A DNA stretch of 64,000 bases, from NCBI RefSeq assembly GCF_963921235.1, contig NC_086107.1:102364001-102428000 (forward strand). The letters are read 5' to 3'. Within the stretch, counting starts at the first letter, position 1. Every line of letters starts with the position of its first letter. This stretch comes from Mobula hypostoma (lineage: Eukaryota). The notes under the pieces were generated by a model. The model saw nothing but the letters and a program-made list of their open reading frames with translations. It searched no databases and was not told the origin of the DNA. Of this stretch, positions 27,030-41,100 are shown piece after piece. The position numbers and the translations under genes were made by a program.

Positions 27030-29680
27030 ACAGTATAGCACAGTACAGGAACTTCAACCCATAATGTTGTGTGGATCTTTTAACCTACTCCAAGATCAAT
27101 CTAACCTATTTCTCCAACATAGTCCTCCATTTTTCTTTCATCCATGTGCCCATCTAAGAGCCTCGTTAATGTCCTGAATGTATCTACTTCTACCACCACT
27201 CCCAGCAGTGCATTCCATGAACTTACCACTTGTGTAAAAAAAAGAGCTACTACTGATGTCCCCTGAATACTTTCCTCCAATCGCCTTAAAGCATGTTCTC
27301 TTGTGTTAACCATTGCCACCCTGGAAGAAAGGCACTGGCTATCTGCTCTGCCTTTTATCATCTTATGCACCTCTATCAAATCATCTCTCATCCTTCTTCG
27401 CTCCAAAGAGAAAATTCCTAGCTTGCTCAACCTATCTTTATACACACTCTCAAGTCCAGACAGCATTCTGGTAAACCTCCTCTGCAATCTCTCTAAATCT
27501 TCCACATTCATCTTATAATGAGGCAACCAGAATGGCACATAATATTCCAAGTATTCCAAGATGTTCCAGGACATCCCCTCTTATTACTATCATCAGGAGG
27601 GAGGAGACAGGAGCCTGAAGACGAACACTCAATTCTTCAAGAACAGCACCTTCCCATCCATCAGATATCTGAAAGATCCATGAATTCATGAACACTACAT
27701 TATTTTTCTTTAACACTATTTTACTTTAACATAATAAATTTGAGGATTTGCACTGTACTGCTGCCACAAAATAACAAAATTTATGATATAGGATTCTGGA
27801 GTGTGGTCTTACCAGAGTTTTATACTGCTGCAACATTACCTCACAGTTCTTGTACCCCTGACTAACAAAGGCCAACATACCAACGTCTTCACAACTACCC
27901 CATCAACTTACTTGGCAACTTTTAGGGATCTGTGGACATGGACCCCAAGATCTCTCTGTTCTTCCACACCGCTGAGAATCTGTAATTCACCTGTATTCTG
28001 TCTTCAAGTTTGACCTTCCAAAGTGTATCACTTCACACTTTTCTGGATTGAACTCTATCTGCTACTTTTCAGCCCAGCTCTGCAAGCTGCCAATGCCGCG
28101 TTGTAACCTACAACAACCTTCCACACCATCCATAACACCACCAACTTTTGTGTCATCTGCAAACTTACAAACCCACCATTCTACTTCCTCGTCTAGGTCA
28201 TTGATAAAAATCACAAAATGTCCCAGAATATATCCCTGCCAAACACAACTAGTCACAAACCTCTAGGCAGAATACATTCCTTCTACCACCATCCTCTGCC
28301 TTCTGTGGGCAAGCCAAAGCCAGGCTGACCATCCTTAATCAGACTATACATCTCCAAATGCTCGTAAATCCTAATTATAAGAATTCTCTCCAACAATTTA
28401 CCCAGCACTGATATAAACCAGTAGTCTTATAATTCCCAGAATTACTCTTATTACCGTACTTGAACAAAGGAATAACATTTGCCATCCTCTAAGCTTCTAG
28501 TTCTACTCCTGTGGCCAATGAGGACAGACAGATAATCAAAGGCGTAGCAATATCTTCCCTTGCTTCTCGCGGTAACCTGGGGTATATCCTATCCAGCCCC
28601 AGACAAGTACCTATCCTACTGTTTTTCCTTTAGTTCCAACACAGCTTTTATCTGAACTTTGACATGTTCCAGCACATTAGCCTGTTCGCTGCTGAACTCA
28701 CATTCACAAGGTCCCTCTCACGGGTGAATACTGAGGCAAAGTATTTATTAACAACATCCCCTATCTCTTCCAATAGCAAGCATGCTTCTTCTTTTAACCC
28801 ACTTGCCAAAGCCTTCTCATGTCCTCTTCTAGCTCTAAGACCATTCTTAAGCTCCTTGGTTACCTTATAACTCTCAAAAGCCGGTCTGATCTGCTTCCTA
28901 AACCTTAGCAACACATACCAACTGCTGGAGGAACTCAGCAGGGTCAGGCCTCATCCAAGGCAAGGAATTAACTGTAACATTTTGGGTTGAGACCCTTCAT
29001 TAGAAATATACGCAGCTCAGGACACTAGTCACATCTTTTGATTCCTGACTTTGTCTGAGGTCTTACCAACATCCATCTCCACAACTTCTCCACTAACTTT
29101 TCTGGCACACTGGTTTCCATTCCGCTGCAACTCTCGTTTAAATCTTACTGTGTAGCACTAGCAAACCTTCCCACTAGCATATTAGTCCTCTTCTAGTTCA
29201 GGTGCAAATCACCTCCCGTTTATCCTAAATCTTAAGTATGCTTCCTTCTTCCTCTTGACTAAATGTTCACCTCTCTTGTTAAATTAACAACCTTTCCCAT
29301 TTATCCAGAACCCTGTGCAAGTGCTCCTTAAACAACCTCCACATTTTCCCAAGAACATCTGCTTCTAATTTATAGACCCAAATTCCTGCCTAATAGCATC
29401 ATAATGCACCATCCCCCAATTAAATACCTTCCCATACCATCTGCTCTTATCCTTGTGCAAGGCTATGCTAAAGGTTTAAGGAGTTGTGGTTACTGTCTCC
29501 AAAATGCTCATCCACTGAGAAATCTACCACTTGACCAGGCTCACTGCCTATACTAGATCCAGTACGGCCTCTCTAGTCGGCTTCTTCATATATTGTGTGA
29601 GGAAACCTTCCTGGACACATTTAACAAATTCTGCCCCATCTAAACCTCGTACATTAAGGAGGAGCCAATCAATATTAGGG
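27030..29680 (-). mobile_element. CR1-clade LINE fragments (degenerate, interrupted by other repeats)
   Basis: FINDLDEEVEWWVCKFADDTKVGGV, LERLQRRFTRMLSGL, and a CR1-type 3' tail. Further CR1 pieces at 1-300, 11350-12175, 29870-30360, 36895-37370 and 57555-58550. Confidence 0.8.
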
Positions 29681-30647
29681 ATGTCAATACTGATCAATAT
29701 TATCAAACGAGACATTGAAGGAGGCCACTCTGTATATCCGTATTTTGGTCGATCTTTCTAGTTATTCCCATTCATTTGTTTAATTGATCCTTAAATCAAT
29801 CTATGAAAACAATTACACCTTCATATCTCCAGCTCTTCCCTACTCTGTCTGACAGAAACCATCTCAACTTGGAAGCTTTAGAGAAGGTGTAGAGGAGCTT
29901 TACCAGGATTCTGCCTGTACTAGAAGGCATGTGTTAAGAAGATGGGTTGAGATGTTAGGGCTTTTGTCTTTGGAATGAAGGTGGTGTACAAGATGACAAG
30001 AGGCATAGATCAAGTGGATGGCCAGAGACCTTTCTCCCCCAGGGCAGAAATAGTTAGTGCAAGGGGGTATAATTTTAAGGTTACTGGAAGAAAGTATAGG
30101 GAAGATGTTAGAGGTACATTCTTTACAGAGAATTGTGGGTGTGATACACACTGCTAGGGGCAGTAGTGGAGGCAGATTCATTACGGGCATTTAAGAAACC
30201 CTTAAGAGTTCAGGGTTCTCAACCTGCAGTCCACAGACACTTTGCTTAATAGTATTGGTCTATGGCATTAAAAAAAGTTGGGAAACCTTGTCTTAAACAC
30301 ATGGATGATAGAAAATTGGAGGGTTATGTAGGAGGGAAGGCTTAGATTGATCTTAGGAATTCTGCTTCTTGGCTTTGAATATCATGACATATTAAGAGCT
30401 CATCCATATCTTTTGTAAATGAAATGAGGGATTCTGCCTTTGACTCAGGACCCTAGTACTTGTTGGATAATTCTGTTTCCCACCTCCCCCAGCCTTCAAC
30501 TCTACTCCTAACAACGTCTCTCATGCCCTCCAAGTGAAATAATTTTACAAATTTTACTTCAAGTTCCTCTTCTACTCCTCTGTTCCAAAGAAAATATGCT
30601 CAGCATAGCTGATCTTATCCCTTGACTACAATTCTCCAGTTTTGGAG

Positions 30648-33028
30648 TGTACGGGGTCTTTCTCTTGTTACATTTAAAATGGCGACTTTGTTATGTTAAT
30701 CTGGGGAATGCGGCTTTGTTGTGCTTTAATGCTGAAGAGAGTTTGCGTTAACAGTTTGTTTTACTTTAAAATGAGATAACAGGGTTCTATTAGCCAATGG
30801 GTGGTTATGTATCGTTTTGTTTTTGGATACCATGTTGTATGATATGACTGTGGACTGAGTTTTGGCGGGGAGTCGGAGGAGAGACGAGGAAGACCGCGGA
30901 CGTGTGGAGAGGCTCCGGTCGATCGCTCAGGGTGGTCCCGAGCCGTGAGTCGACGGAATTCGGGTGGTCGTCTGAAGTCGAATTGAGCTCCAACGTAGCG
31001 CGCAAAGAACTTGGACTTTGATAAGTGTTGGCGCTTTTTTTTCATTACTTTCCTCTCTGTATCAAATATATATTAATGTCATAGAATTAGTAATGTTTAT
31101 AAAGTGTATTTGTTAAAATTTACTGGGTGTGCTGGCTGATGATTGATGTTTGTGATTGATTCGGGCGGCGACTGACCCTGAGGGGAGTGTTGAAGCAGGT
31201 GCTGGGCTGGATTTCCACTAGACATACACGAGCTAATATAACTGAACGTTACAAGTGGGGGCTACCGTCTGGGATTTGGACTTTTCGGGAAAGTTGTACT
31301 TGTCGTTGTGGTAAGTGGTGTGAAGATGGATCGAGATAAGATTGTAAGTTGGTGTGAATTGGAGGAGGTATTGGTGTACCTGGACGACCTGATAGTGTTT
31401 GGATCTACGTTGGAGGAACATGAGGAGCGGCTGCTGAAGGTGCTGAGTCGGCTGAAGGAGGAAGGATTAAAACTTTCCCTGGATAAATGTCAGTTCTGCA
31501 AGACGTCAGTCAGTTATGTTGGGCACATAATCTCGCGAAATGGAGTGGCCACCGATCTGGATAAGATAGCCGCAGTCACCACCTGGCCGAGACCTCAGAA
31601 GGTGAGCGCCTTACGCTCGTTTTTGGGGTTTTGCGGATATTACCAGCGGTTCGTGAAAGGATATGCGAAAATGAGTCATCCATTGAACCAGCTGCTGTGT
31701 GGCTATCCACCTGTGGGGAGGAGGAGGAAGGGAAACCGAGGGTCAGAGGTAGGAGGATACTTGGACCCGGGAGAGCCTTTTGGATTGAGGTGGGATGCTC
31801 AATGTGAGGAGGTGTTCCAATCTCTTAAAAAGGGTGCTGACGCAGGCCCCAGTGTTAGCATTTGCTGATCCCCGGAAGCCGTATGTTCTACACACTGATG
31901 CCAGTCACGACGGTCTGGGGGCTGTTCTGTACCAGGAACAGGGAAACGGATGGAGGCCGGTAGCGTTTGTCAGTCGGAGTTTGTTGCCATCTGAGAGAAA
32001 CTATCCCACTCACAAGCTGGAGTTCTTGGCGTTGAAATGGGCAGTGGTGGACAAGTTGAGTGACTACCTATATGGGGCCCAGTATGAGGTGAGACTGATA
32101 ACAACCCCCTCACTTATATTCTGACCTCGGCGAAGCTGGATGCTACTGGGCACCGGTGGTTAGCAGCCTTGTCTGCCTATGAGTTCAGCCTGAAGTACCG
32201 CCCGGGGAGTCGGAACATCGATGCAGATGCCCTGTCTTGTCGGGCGCACGACGAGTCGGGCACGGCCGGGGAGTGGAAGAGTGTCCCCCGCCCAGGGAGT
32301 AAAGGCCATGTGTCAAGTTGGGAGCGACGGGGAAGTAGGAGCACAGATGGGAACAGATTGGGCAGTAGATCAACTGGGGGCTGACGATGACGCGCTACCC
32401 ACTGTTTACTGTGGGGGGAGAGTGTACGGGGTCTTTCTTTTGTTACATTTAAAATGGCTTCTTTGTTATGTTAATCTGGGGAATGCGGCTTTGTTGTGCT
32501 TTAACGCTGAAGAGAGTTTGCGCTAACAGTTTGTTTTACTTTAAAATGAGATAACAGGGTTCTATTAGCCAATGGGTGGTTATGTATCGTTTTGTTTTCG
32601 GATACCATGCTGTATGATATGACTGTGGACTGAGTTTTGGCGGGGAGTCGGAGGAGAGACGAGGAAGACCGTGGACGTGTGGAGAGGCTCCGGTCGATCA
32701 CTCAGGGTGGTCCCGAGCCGTGAGTCGACGGAATTCGGGTGGTCATCTGAAGTCGAATTGAGCTCCAACGTAGCGTGCAAAGAACTTGGACTTTGATAAG
32801 TGTTGGCGCTTTTTTTTCATTACTTTCCTCTCTGTATCAAATGTATATTAATGTCATAGAATTAGTAATGTTTATAAAGTGTATTTGTTAAAATTCACTG
32901 GGTGTGCTGGCTGATGATTGATGTTTGTGATTGATTCGGGCGGCGACTGACCCTGAGGGGAGTGTTGAGGCAGGTGCTGGGCTGGATTTCCACTAGACAT
33001 ACACGAGCCAATATAACTGAACGTTACA
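30648..33028 (+). mobile_element. Ty3/Gypsy LTR element, doubly internally deleted (non-autonomous)
   Basis: 606-bp TG...CA LTRs 30648-31253 and 32423-33028; TSD GGAG/GGAA (1 mismatch); PBS TGGGGGCTACCGTCTGGGA; PPT GGGGGGAGAG; only 1169 bp internal. Confidence 0.93.
31326..32412 (+). pseudogene. pol: gag N-terminus fused to RT C-half and RNase H, frameshifted, no integrase
   Basis: MDRDKIVSWCELEE|VLVYLDDLIVFG...LRSFLGFCGYY; then LHTDAS...HKLEFLALKWAV and YRPGSRNIDADALS in shifted frames. Confidence 0.85.
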
Positions 33029-34265
33029 GGAACATGCAGCTTAATCTACTCTACACCCTCTCCTGTACTATTATATCCCTCCATTGGTCAAAAACAGCAC
33101 AGAAACAGGTCCTGTGGCCACCCAGTCCACGTCCAACAAGTGCCCACTTACCCCTAGTCCCATGTTATTCCTCCCCTAACTCCCATCAACCCCCCACCCC
33201 ACCCCCTACATTCTACCACTCACTTGCACACCAGAGACGATTTCACAGTGGCCAATGAACCTACCAACATGGAAATCAGTGCATCTGGAGGAAACCCACA
33301 AGGTTCCAGGAGAAATATACAGAGTCCACACAGAGAGCACCCAAGGTCAGGATTGAATCCAAGTAACTGGGGCTGTGAGGAAACAGGTATACTAGCTGTG
33401 CTAATTTGTCACGACCAGTACATCCAGCTGGTGTTTTACCTTCCTGTGGCATAGTCTGCACTTTATCCCAATGGTTTCTTAGCCATTGGGCTTGCTACCT
33501 TGAGGGTTCTGTTGACATGAACTGCAGGATCTCTCTGCTCCCCCTGCAGTGCAGTTTTGCTACATTTCACCTCAGAGGTTTGCCGTCACACTCCCTTTGC
33601 TCATTTAAATTTGAACGGAAACCATTTTCGTGATTGTGCCCCCATCATCTCCCCCATTGAACATGCTCCAGGAACCCTCTGCCTTGCTGTACTTAAGATG
33701 CTACTGCATTTCCAAAACGCTGAACTCTGATTTGAACAACTGGAGATACACCTGGCACATTTATGCAGGACACATGAAACCAACCTCTCCCCCACCTCCC
33801 CCTCCCCCCCCGGGTTCTCATTAGGCACTGGAATTACTGCAGATAAGACTCAGCTGTCCCAACATTTTGCTTGAAAAAACATTCAGATTAATTACTTTGA
33901 ATACTTACAGATTTATGGCTCTCCCTAGTTTAAATATATCCTGTATTGGCTGGCGTTCTCTCCCCAGCAAGACTATTTAGTCCTACGCTAAACCTCCCAT
34001 ATTTACCCTGGCTGGCAAGAGGCACCATTAAGATGGCATCTCTACACATGGGTGTCTATGCTGGTTACAGTCAGATCTGCCTTCATAACTCCACTTCTTC
34101 AATGCAATGAAAAGCTATTCTGGGAACATCAGTACCCTGCAAGACTAAAGCTTCATCAGAAGAATATCATTAACCTGAACTAATTCTCTTTAGCTTTTAG
34201 CTAAACTGCACACTAACACCCATTCCATTCCCAGGATGAGCAGAATGCAGGCACTTGTCAGAAGT

Positions 34266-34453
34266 AACACACATCAAAGTTGCTGGTGAACGCAGCAGGC
34301 CAGGCAGCACCTCTAGGAAGAGGTACAGTGGACGTCTCGGCCTGAAACGTCAACTGTACTTCTTCCTAGAGATGCTGCCTGGCCTGCTGCATTCACCAGC
34401 AACTTTGATGTGTGTTGCTTGAATTTCCAGCATCTGCAGAATTCCTCATATTT
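34266..34453. mobile_element. 188-bp Penelope-derived foldback mini-element
   Basis: Near-perfect ~70-bp inverted arms (34266-34338 / 34348-34416); 13-bp TSD ACTTGTCAGAAGT (34253-65, 34454-66); arms match 50867-50936. Confidence 0.88.
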
Positions 34454-37394
34454 ACTTGTCAGAAGTGACTGCTGGATGATTTCTCTCCTAAAGAAGTCCA
34501 CTGATTCAGAAAGGCCAACAGTTGTCTTGCATGGTTCAAATCTCACTCTTCAAAAACTTAAAACTTACACAAACTTCACAAAAGTTTTCATAAATGAAGC
34601 ACAGATTCAAGAGGTAATTTGTTTTTTTTAAGACCTTAAGGGGGCTGAATCATGCTTGCATACATGGTTCATTTCAGATACAAAGTAACATAGCAACAGT
34701 GGCCAAAACTTCAAGGATTCTAAAGGAAGATCTTGATTAGATATCAAGGGGTAGCTTTCCTCCATGAGAACAGGGAACTGTGGAACAAATTCCCTGCCTG
34801 TACAATGGAAGTCAATTCACTGAATACATTGAGGTGGGAGGAGAGGGTAGGATATATTCCATCAACATTTGTACAATTACGTGGGATAAACTGGATATAC
34901 GGCCTTTCAAATCTATCACTTTTATACAGATACCAAGCTGGACTGGTGGACATCAGAGGGAAAGAAGAAAAGCTTCATCACATGCTATATAGTTTTCAAG
35001 ACAGCCGTAAGGTCTAAAACTCTCAGCAAAGCTATTTCAATGAGTGTGATGAAGGCACTGTTAAGCTCAGTTACCCACAAGTGATCAAAAGGGACTAAGT
35101 AACTCAAGTAACCAGAATCCAAGCAATGGAACATCTTGGACTGTAGGAGACAGAACTGAAGAGTGGTCCACAGATATGAAGATAACCAACAGCTGAGAAG
35201 GGAATGGATTTTTAATACACAAGACAGGCTGGGAGCAGTTGCAGGATAGCAAGGCCCGTGGGGAGTAATAAGATAGTAAGCAGGAGTCTGTATTAGGCCA
35301 GTTAGCCTCCAGCATATGATGACCATAAAACCTTAAGACATAGAAGCAGAATTAGGCTATTCTGCCCATCGAGTTTGCTCCGCCAGTCTACAGAGCTGAT
35401 TTATTATTCCCCTCAACCCCATTCTCCTGCCTTCTCCCTGTAACCTTTGACATCCTCACTAATCAAGAATCTATCAACTTCTGCTTCAGATATACCCAAT
35501 GACTTGGCCTCCACTGTCGTCTGCGCCAGTGGATTCCACAGATACACCACCCTTCAGCTAAAGAAATTCTTTTAGCCAATGACACTACACACCAGCCTCA
35601 GTGATAGAAGGGCTGGAGGATGCAGTGACTTGGAAGCAATGAAGCATTTGAAGATTAGAACAGTGAGTTTAAATGCAGCACAATGCCAAAAAGAAAAATA
35701 ATTGTCTGGTTAAATCTGTACTGATGGCTGGGATGGATTCAATGGAGACCAGAATTTTATGTGGGAGTTGATGATGAACACACAAACTGGACATCACTGG
35801 CTGCCTCCACATCCTTAAATAATGAGATGGTCTCACAGGAGGAAGCACGAGACACATTTCTGTAGCACTGTTTACAAACAATGACTTCCAAAGGCAATTT
35901 ATAGGCCTATCTGCACATAAAAGATGGATTGATATATTCACGGGAGCAATGCAACATCCCTTTTGCAACAATACTAAGATAACAAGTTTGGTATGGGGGG
36001 GGCACTGCACAAGACTGAAAGAAGCTGCAGAGGGTCGTAAATTTAGTCAGCTCCAACTTGGGTATTAGCCTACAAAGTACCCTGGACATCTTCAAGTAGT
36101 GATGTCTCAGAAGGGCAACGTCCATTATTGAGGGTCCCCAGCACACAAGGCATGCCCTTTTCTGAATGTTACCATCAGGTAGAAGATACAGAAACCCGAA
36201 GGCAGACACTCAGCGATTCAGAAACAGCTCCTTCCCCTCTGCCATCCAATTCCTAAATGGACATTGAACCCGTGAACACTAGCTCACTTCTTAAATTTAG
36301 ATTATTACTGCTTTTGCACGATTTTTAATCTACTCAATGTACGTATACGGTAATTGGTTTATTTATTTATTTCTTCTTCTATTTTATGTATTGCATTGAA
36401 CTGCTGTTGCTAAGTTAACAAATTTCACCACACATGCCGGTGATGATAAACTGATTCTGATTCTGACAAGTTTGTGATCAGTTGAGGATTAATTTTTTCC
36501 ACTTGGACATTGGTGAGAACTACTGCTTTCCACATCTAATCCTGCTCTTTTACAAATCACTACTATGGCTTTTTTTACATCACATTAGAAGACATTCAGG
36601 GTCTCAATGTAACACTTCTCCAAGACAAGAGACCATATAGCACTCTTCCACTGCTGCAGTGGAGTGTCAAGCTATTTCCGCACTCAAGTCCCCAATATGG
36701 GGTTTGAATGCCCAAGCAAGTATGCCACTAAGTCACAACTAGAAATGATCAGAGACCCTAGCTGAGGGTGAACCATGTACAATTAGATAACTTAAGAGTT
36801 ATGGAAGGGTGCCCCCCCCCCACTCCCGAAGGCTTAATTTACTGATGTATTATGGGAATAACAAAATAATATTTATAAGACACAAGGCATAAAACATAGG
36901 AACAGAATTAGGCCACTCAGCCCATTGATTCAGTTCCAACATTCAAAATTGGCGAATTATTGTCCCTCTTAACCCATTCTCCTGCTTTCTCCCTGTAACC
37001 CTTTTTGCTATTACTAATCAAGAACCTATGAACCTCTGCTTTAAATATACCCAATGTCTTAGTAGCCACAGGCATCTGTGGCAATGATCTCCAGAGATTC
37101 ACCACCTTCTGATTAAATAATCTCTGTTCTAAAGGTATGTCTTTGTATTTTGAGACTGTACCCTCTGGTCCTAGACTCCCCCTCCATAGGAAACATCCTC
37201 TCCATGTCCTCTCTTTCTAGGTCTTTCAATATTCAATAGGTTTCAATGAGACCCCTCCTCCAATTCTTCTAAACTCCAGCAAGTACAGGCCCAGAATCAT
37301 CAAATGTTCCTCATACTCTAACCCTTTCATTCCTGGATCTCGTGAACCTCAACCCTCTCCAATGTGAGAACCAGATATATTCCTCCCTTCTCTA

Positions 37395-37688
<294 letters not shown>

Positions 37689-37936
37689 TCACAGACTTCT
37701 AATGCTGTAAATCAGGTCATATTGTTGTTCCCTTTGCCACTGTAGGTCTGCAAGTTAGGCATTCCATGTGCTAGAAACCAAATGTCCATGGTATTAAATC
37801 CAAATTTCCTTGCAAGTCTCAACAACCTTCATTATATAGCTTACAAAAGCAAACACCTCAGTACTTAATAAGCCAACAATCAGGACCCTCATGCTGCCTG
37901 TTGTGACACAGACCAAGCTGGATGCATCCTGTAGGA

Positions 37937-38833
37937 CAGGGGTTCCCAACCTTTTTTGCATTGTGGACCGGTTTAATATTGACAATATTCTTGCGGACCG
38001 TCAATTATCAGGGGAGGACAGGGGAGCTTGAAGTGAGTGTTGAATGAACTTCCAGTAGAAGTGGTAGAGGCAGGTTCGATATTATTATTTAAAGAAAAAT
38101 TGGATAGGTATATGGACAGAAAAGGAATGGAGGGTTGTGGGTGAGTGCAGGTCGGTGGGACTAGGTGAGAGTAAGCGTTTGGCACGGACTACAAAGGCCG
38201 AGATCGCCTGTTTTCGTGCTGTAGTTGTATGGTTATATAAGTCACTTATAAGTCAATAGCATCATAACATTTTAAGTAACGTTTGGGTATTAAACACATA
38301 GCACATATTTTCCCCGTATGAACATATAAAATCATTGCAACACACCAATATCGCTGAATCAGTGGGAGCCCTGGGCTTGTTTTCCTGCAACAAGACGGTC
38401 CCATCGAGGGGTGATGGGAGACAGCGATACTCGAACGGGGTTCCTTATGTCCAGTCTATTCCGCAATTTAGTTTTCGGTGCATCCATTGCAGAGATATGT
38501 TGGAAATGGAAGCAACGTTTTCAGTGCTTTCGTGGCTATCTCAGGATATTCAGCCTTGACTTTGATCTGGAATGCCGGCAGAGATGTTATGTCAAACATA
38601 CTTTTCAGCCCGCCGTCATTTGCAAGCTCAAGGAGTTGATCTCCTTCCCACGCTGACATGGATGACTCGCGGGTAATGACCTCGCGTGCATTCAAGCTCA
38701 ACAGTGGGCGTGACAGGGAATGAGGAAAGGTGCAGCTGACTCCTACCACCAAATCATATCGTTTCCTCGCGGCCCGGTAGCACATGCTTTGCGGTCCAGT
38801 ACCGGTCAGCGGCCCGGTGGTTGGGGACCGCTG
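37937..38833 (-). mobile_element. hAT (Charlie-type) non-autonomous DNA transposon with a nested CR1 3' tail
   Basis: TIRs CAGGGGTTCCCAACC / GGTTGGGGACCGCTG; 8-bp TSD CTGTAGGA/CTGTAAGA; transposase dimerisation-domain remnant (EYPEIATKALKTLLPFPTYLC); CR1 tail at ~38020-38238. Confidence 0.88.
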
Positions 38834-40767
38834 CTGTAAGACACAGATGTCAGATAGGAATGACATGCACAAAGAGCTGGAGGAACTTAGCAGGTCAGGC
38901 AGAATCCATGGAAAGGAATCAAGAATCGATGTTTTGGGCCGAGACCCTTCATCAGGCCTGGAAAGGAAGAGGGAAGAAGCCAGAATAAGGTGGTGGGGGG
39001 TGGGGGGGGTAAGGGAAGGAGTACAAGCTGGAAGGTGATTGGTGAAACCAGATGAGGAGAGCACATGGTGGAAGAGTCAGAGAGCAGCACAGACCACAGG
39101 GCGGGAGCAGACTCATTAAATTGTTAGAAAGCAGATTTAGATGTCAGACAGGATCTGTTAAAGGTAGTAAATGATTCAACACAAGACATAAACCACTATT
39201 TGTACGTGGTGCTCTTAGAAGCAGTCCATGTAGGGTCAATGTCCAGTCTTCACATCAAGGACACCATCCATGTTGTACACTACCATAATTATGCAAAATA
39301 GAATGGACAGAGTGTATATCTAGCAGCTCAAGGCTCATAACATGAAGTGGTGTGGACTGTCAGCACTAGCAGAAATGCACACCAATACAATCTGTATGGC
39401 CTGGCATATTTCTCACTCTAGCCTTATCATGGAGTTTGGGAATCAGCCCTTGTTTAATAAGTGCAGAAGAGGGTTGCACAAGATATACCGAAAAACGAGA
39501 CGACAACCTGGTGAGTATGTAAAGCAGGAAGTAAATAGCCAAAGACGGCAATGGAGGTTTTTGCGGACCTGGGCGACTTCTTTGAGATCATTGTATTCTC
39601 ATGCCAGTTTTTCCCCTTTCAAGGTGGATGAGGTCCTGTTGGAGTCCATGATCTACAGGTGTGCTCAATCTATGTTCTTCATGGACGGTGGGTTCTTGCT
39701 CTTTGGGACTTGCTGAGTGGCTTACACTTCAGTACCTCCGGGAGCGCTTGGAAGACATGTGCCTTCGGGGTGTGGCCTTGTGGACCACCCAATTCCTTGT
39801 CCATGTTGCCAAATGAAGCATCGTGGGAGACCGAAACGTCGAGACGGCAGCTGCCAGAGGCGCCTGTACTCGAGCGATTCGCTCTGTCTCGACAGTGAGA
39901 GAGAGTTGGCTGATTGTCAAGTCGGGGGAACTCGCTGCAGACTGCAACATTGTAACAGCGAACTGTTGGTCTCCCCTCTCACTGTGGCGGGAGCGACACC
40001 TCTCTCTCCCCCTTGTTAGTGAGCGAGAGGGGCTATTGAGATGTCCAGGTGTTGGGATGAACAGTGGTTTTTCATGGAAAATAGATCATGGTCTTTGGGG
40101 GCATGCTATTGCTTGCATAGTGGATGGTGGGGCGAGGGTGGGGTTCTGATGAGAACAAGTGGGGGGAGGGGGGGAGAGGTTGTTGCTGCTTGTGTGTGGG
40201 AGTGGGGAAGGAGGGCTTTGGGGTGCTGATGTTTCTCTGTCATTCATTCTTTGCACGTTATTTTCCCCCCTGTTTTATGGATATCTGGAAAGAGTAAGGA
40301 TTTTAGGTTATACATTAAATTGAACCTTTGAACCATTGAGACAGAACTAAGTGATGGCATAACCAAAAGATCAGACCAAAAGCTTTGCAGTCCTACCACA
40401 TTTAGTTGTGAGCAATACAGGACAGCCAGTAGAAGGACTTGGCTCCAAGTACATCCCAACCCCAGAATGTGTGTGCTTAAGAGGCTGAATCACCCAAACA
40501 CATTCAACCAGAATGACTGATTCTTATCAGCTCTACTAAGATCCTCTCCATCATAGAAGCCAGTCTTTAGCTACTTTCATTCACTCTATAAGGTATCAAA
40601 AATACTGGATCCAGCAACCTAGGAGTCCAGACACCATTCTGTCTATAGTACAAAACACCTGTGCTCCACAACTAGCTGTGCTGTAGGCCAAACATAGTTA
40701 CCTGACAATGTGCAAAGTCAAAAGAGATTAAAGATTAGCTTTATTTGCCACATGTATATCAAAACAT

Positions 40768-41100
40768 TGGGTGGCTGAGTGGAGATCTGTCTCCAGCAAA
40801 GGAGGTGTAAGGCACTCCTTCTCTCCGCTAGCCTGCAGATCAGCCTTGGGCAAGGCGCAAGCACCTGTTTAGCAACCTGACGGGGTCATGTGAAGCATGG
40901 GAGCAACTGGTGGATGGTTGTATGATCAGCTGGTGCACATCACAAGTCCCGGTTATGCGACCACTGACTCCAAGCAGACAATCCCTGAAGAGTATTGATA
41001 TTGGCTGGGGTCACCCATATTGTGAAGACACTTTAACAGAAGAAGGCAATGGCAGACCACTTCTGTGGATGCGGCACAGAAGGATGATGATGATGATAAT
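40768..41100 (+). mobile_element. RTE-related SINE-like insertion with (GAT)n tail
   Basis: Contains GAAGGCAATGGCAGACCACTTC (RTE/BovB-like 3' motif) and a GAT repeat tail; splits another repeat at a duplicated AAACAT. Confidence 0.45.

Noticed and set aside
30209..30290. ~80-bp hAT-like MITE inside a CR1 tail
   Set aside because: Plausible, but TIRs and TSD are too degenerate to call.
38468..39064. 198-aa minus-strand ORF
   Set aside because: Chance read-through across a Penelope remnant and a hAT fragment.
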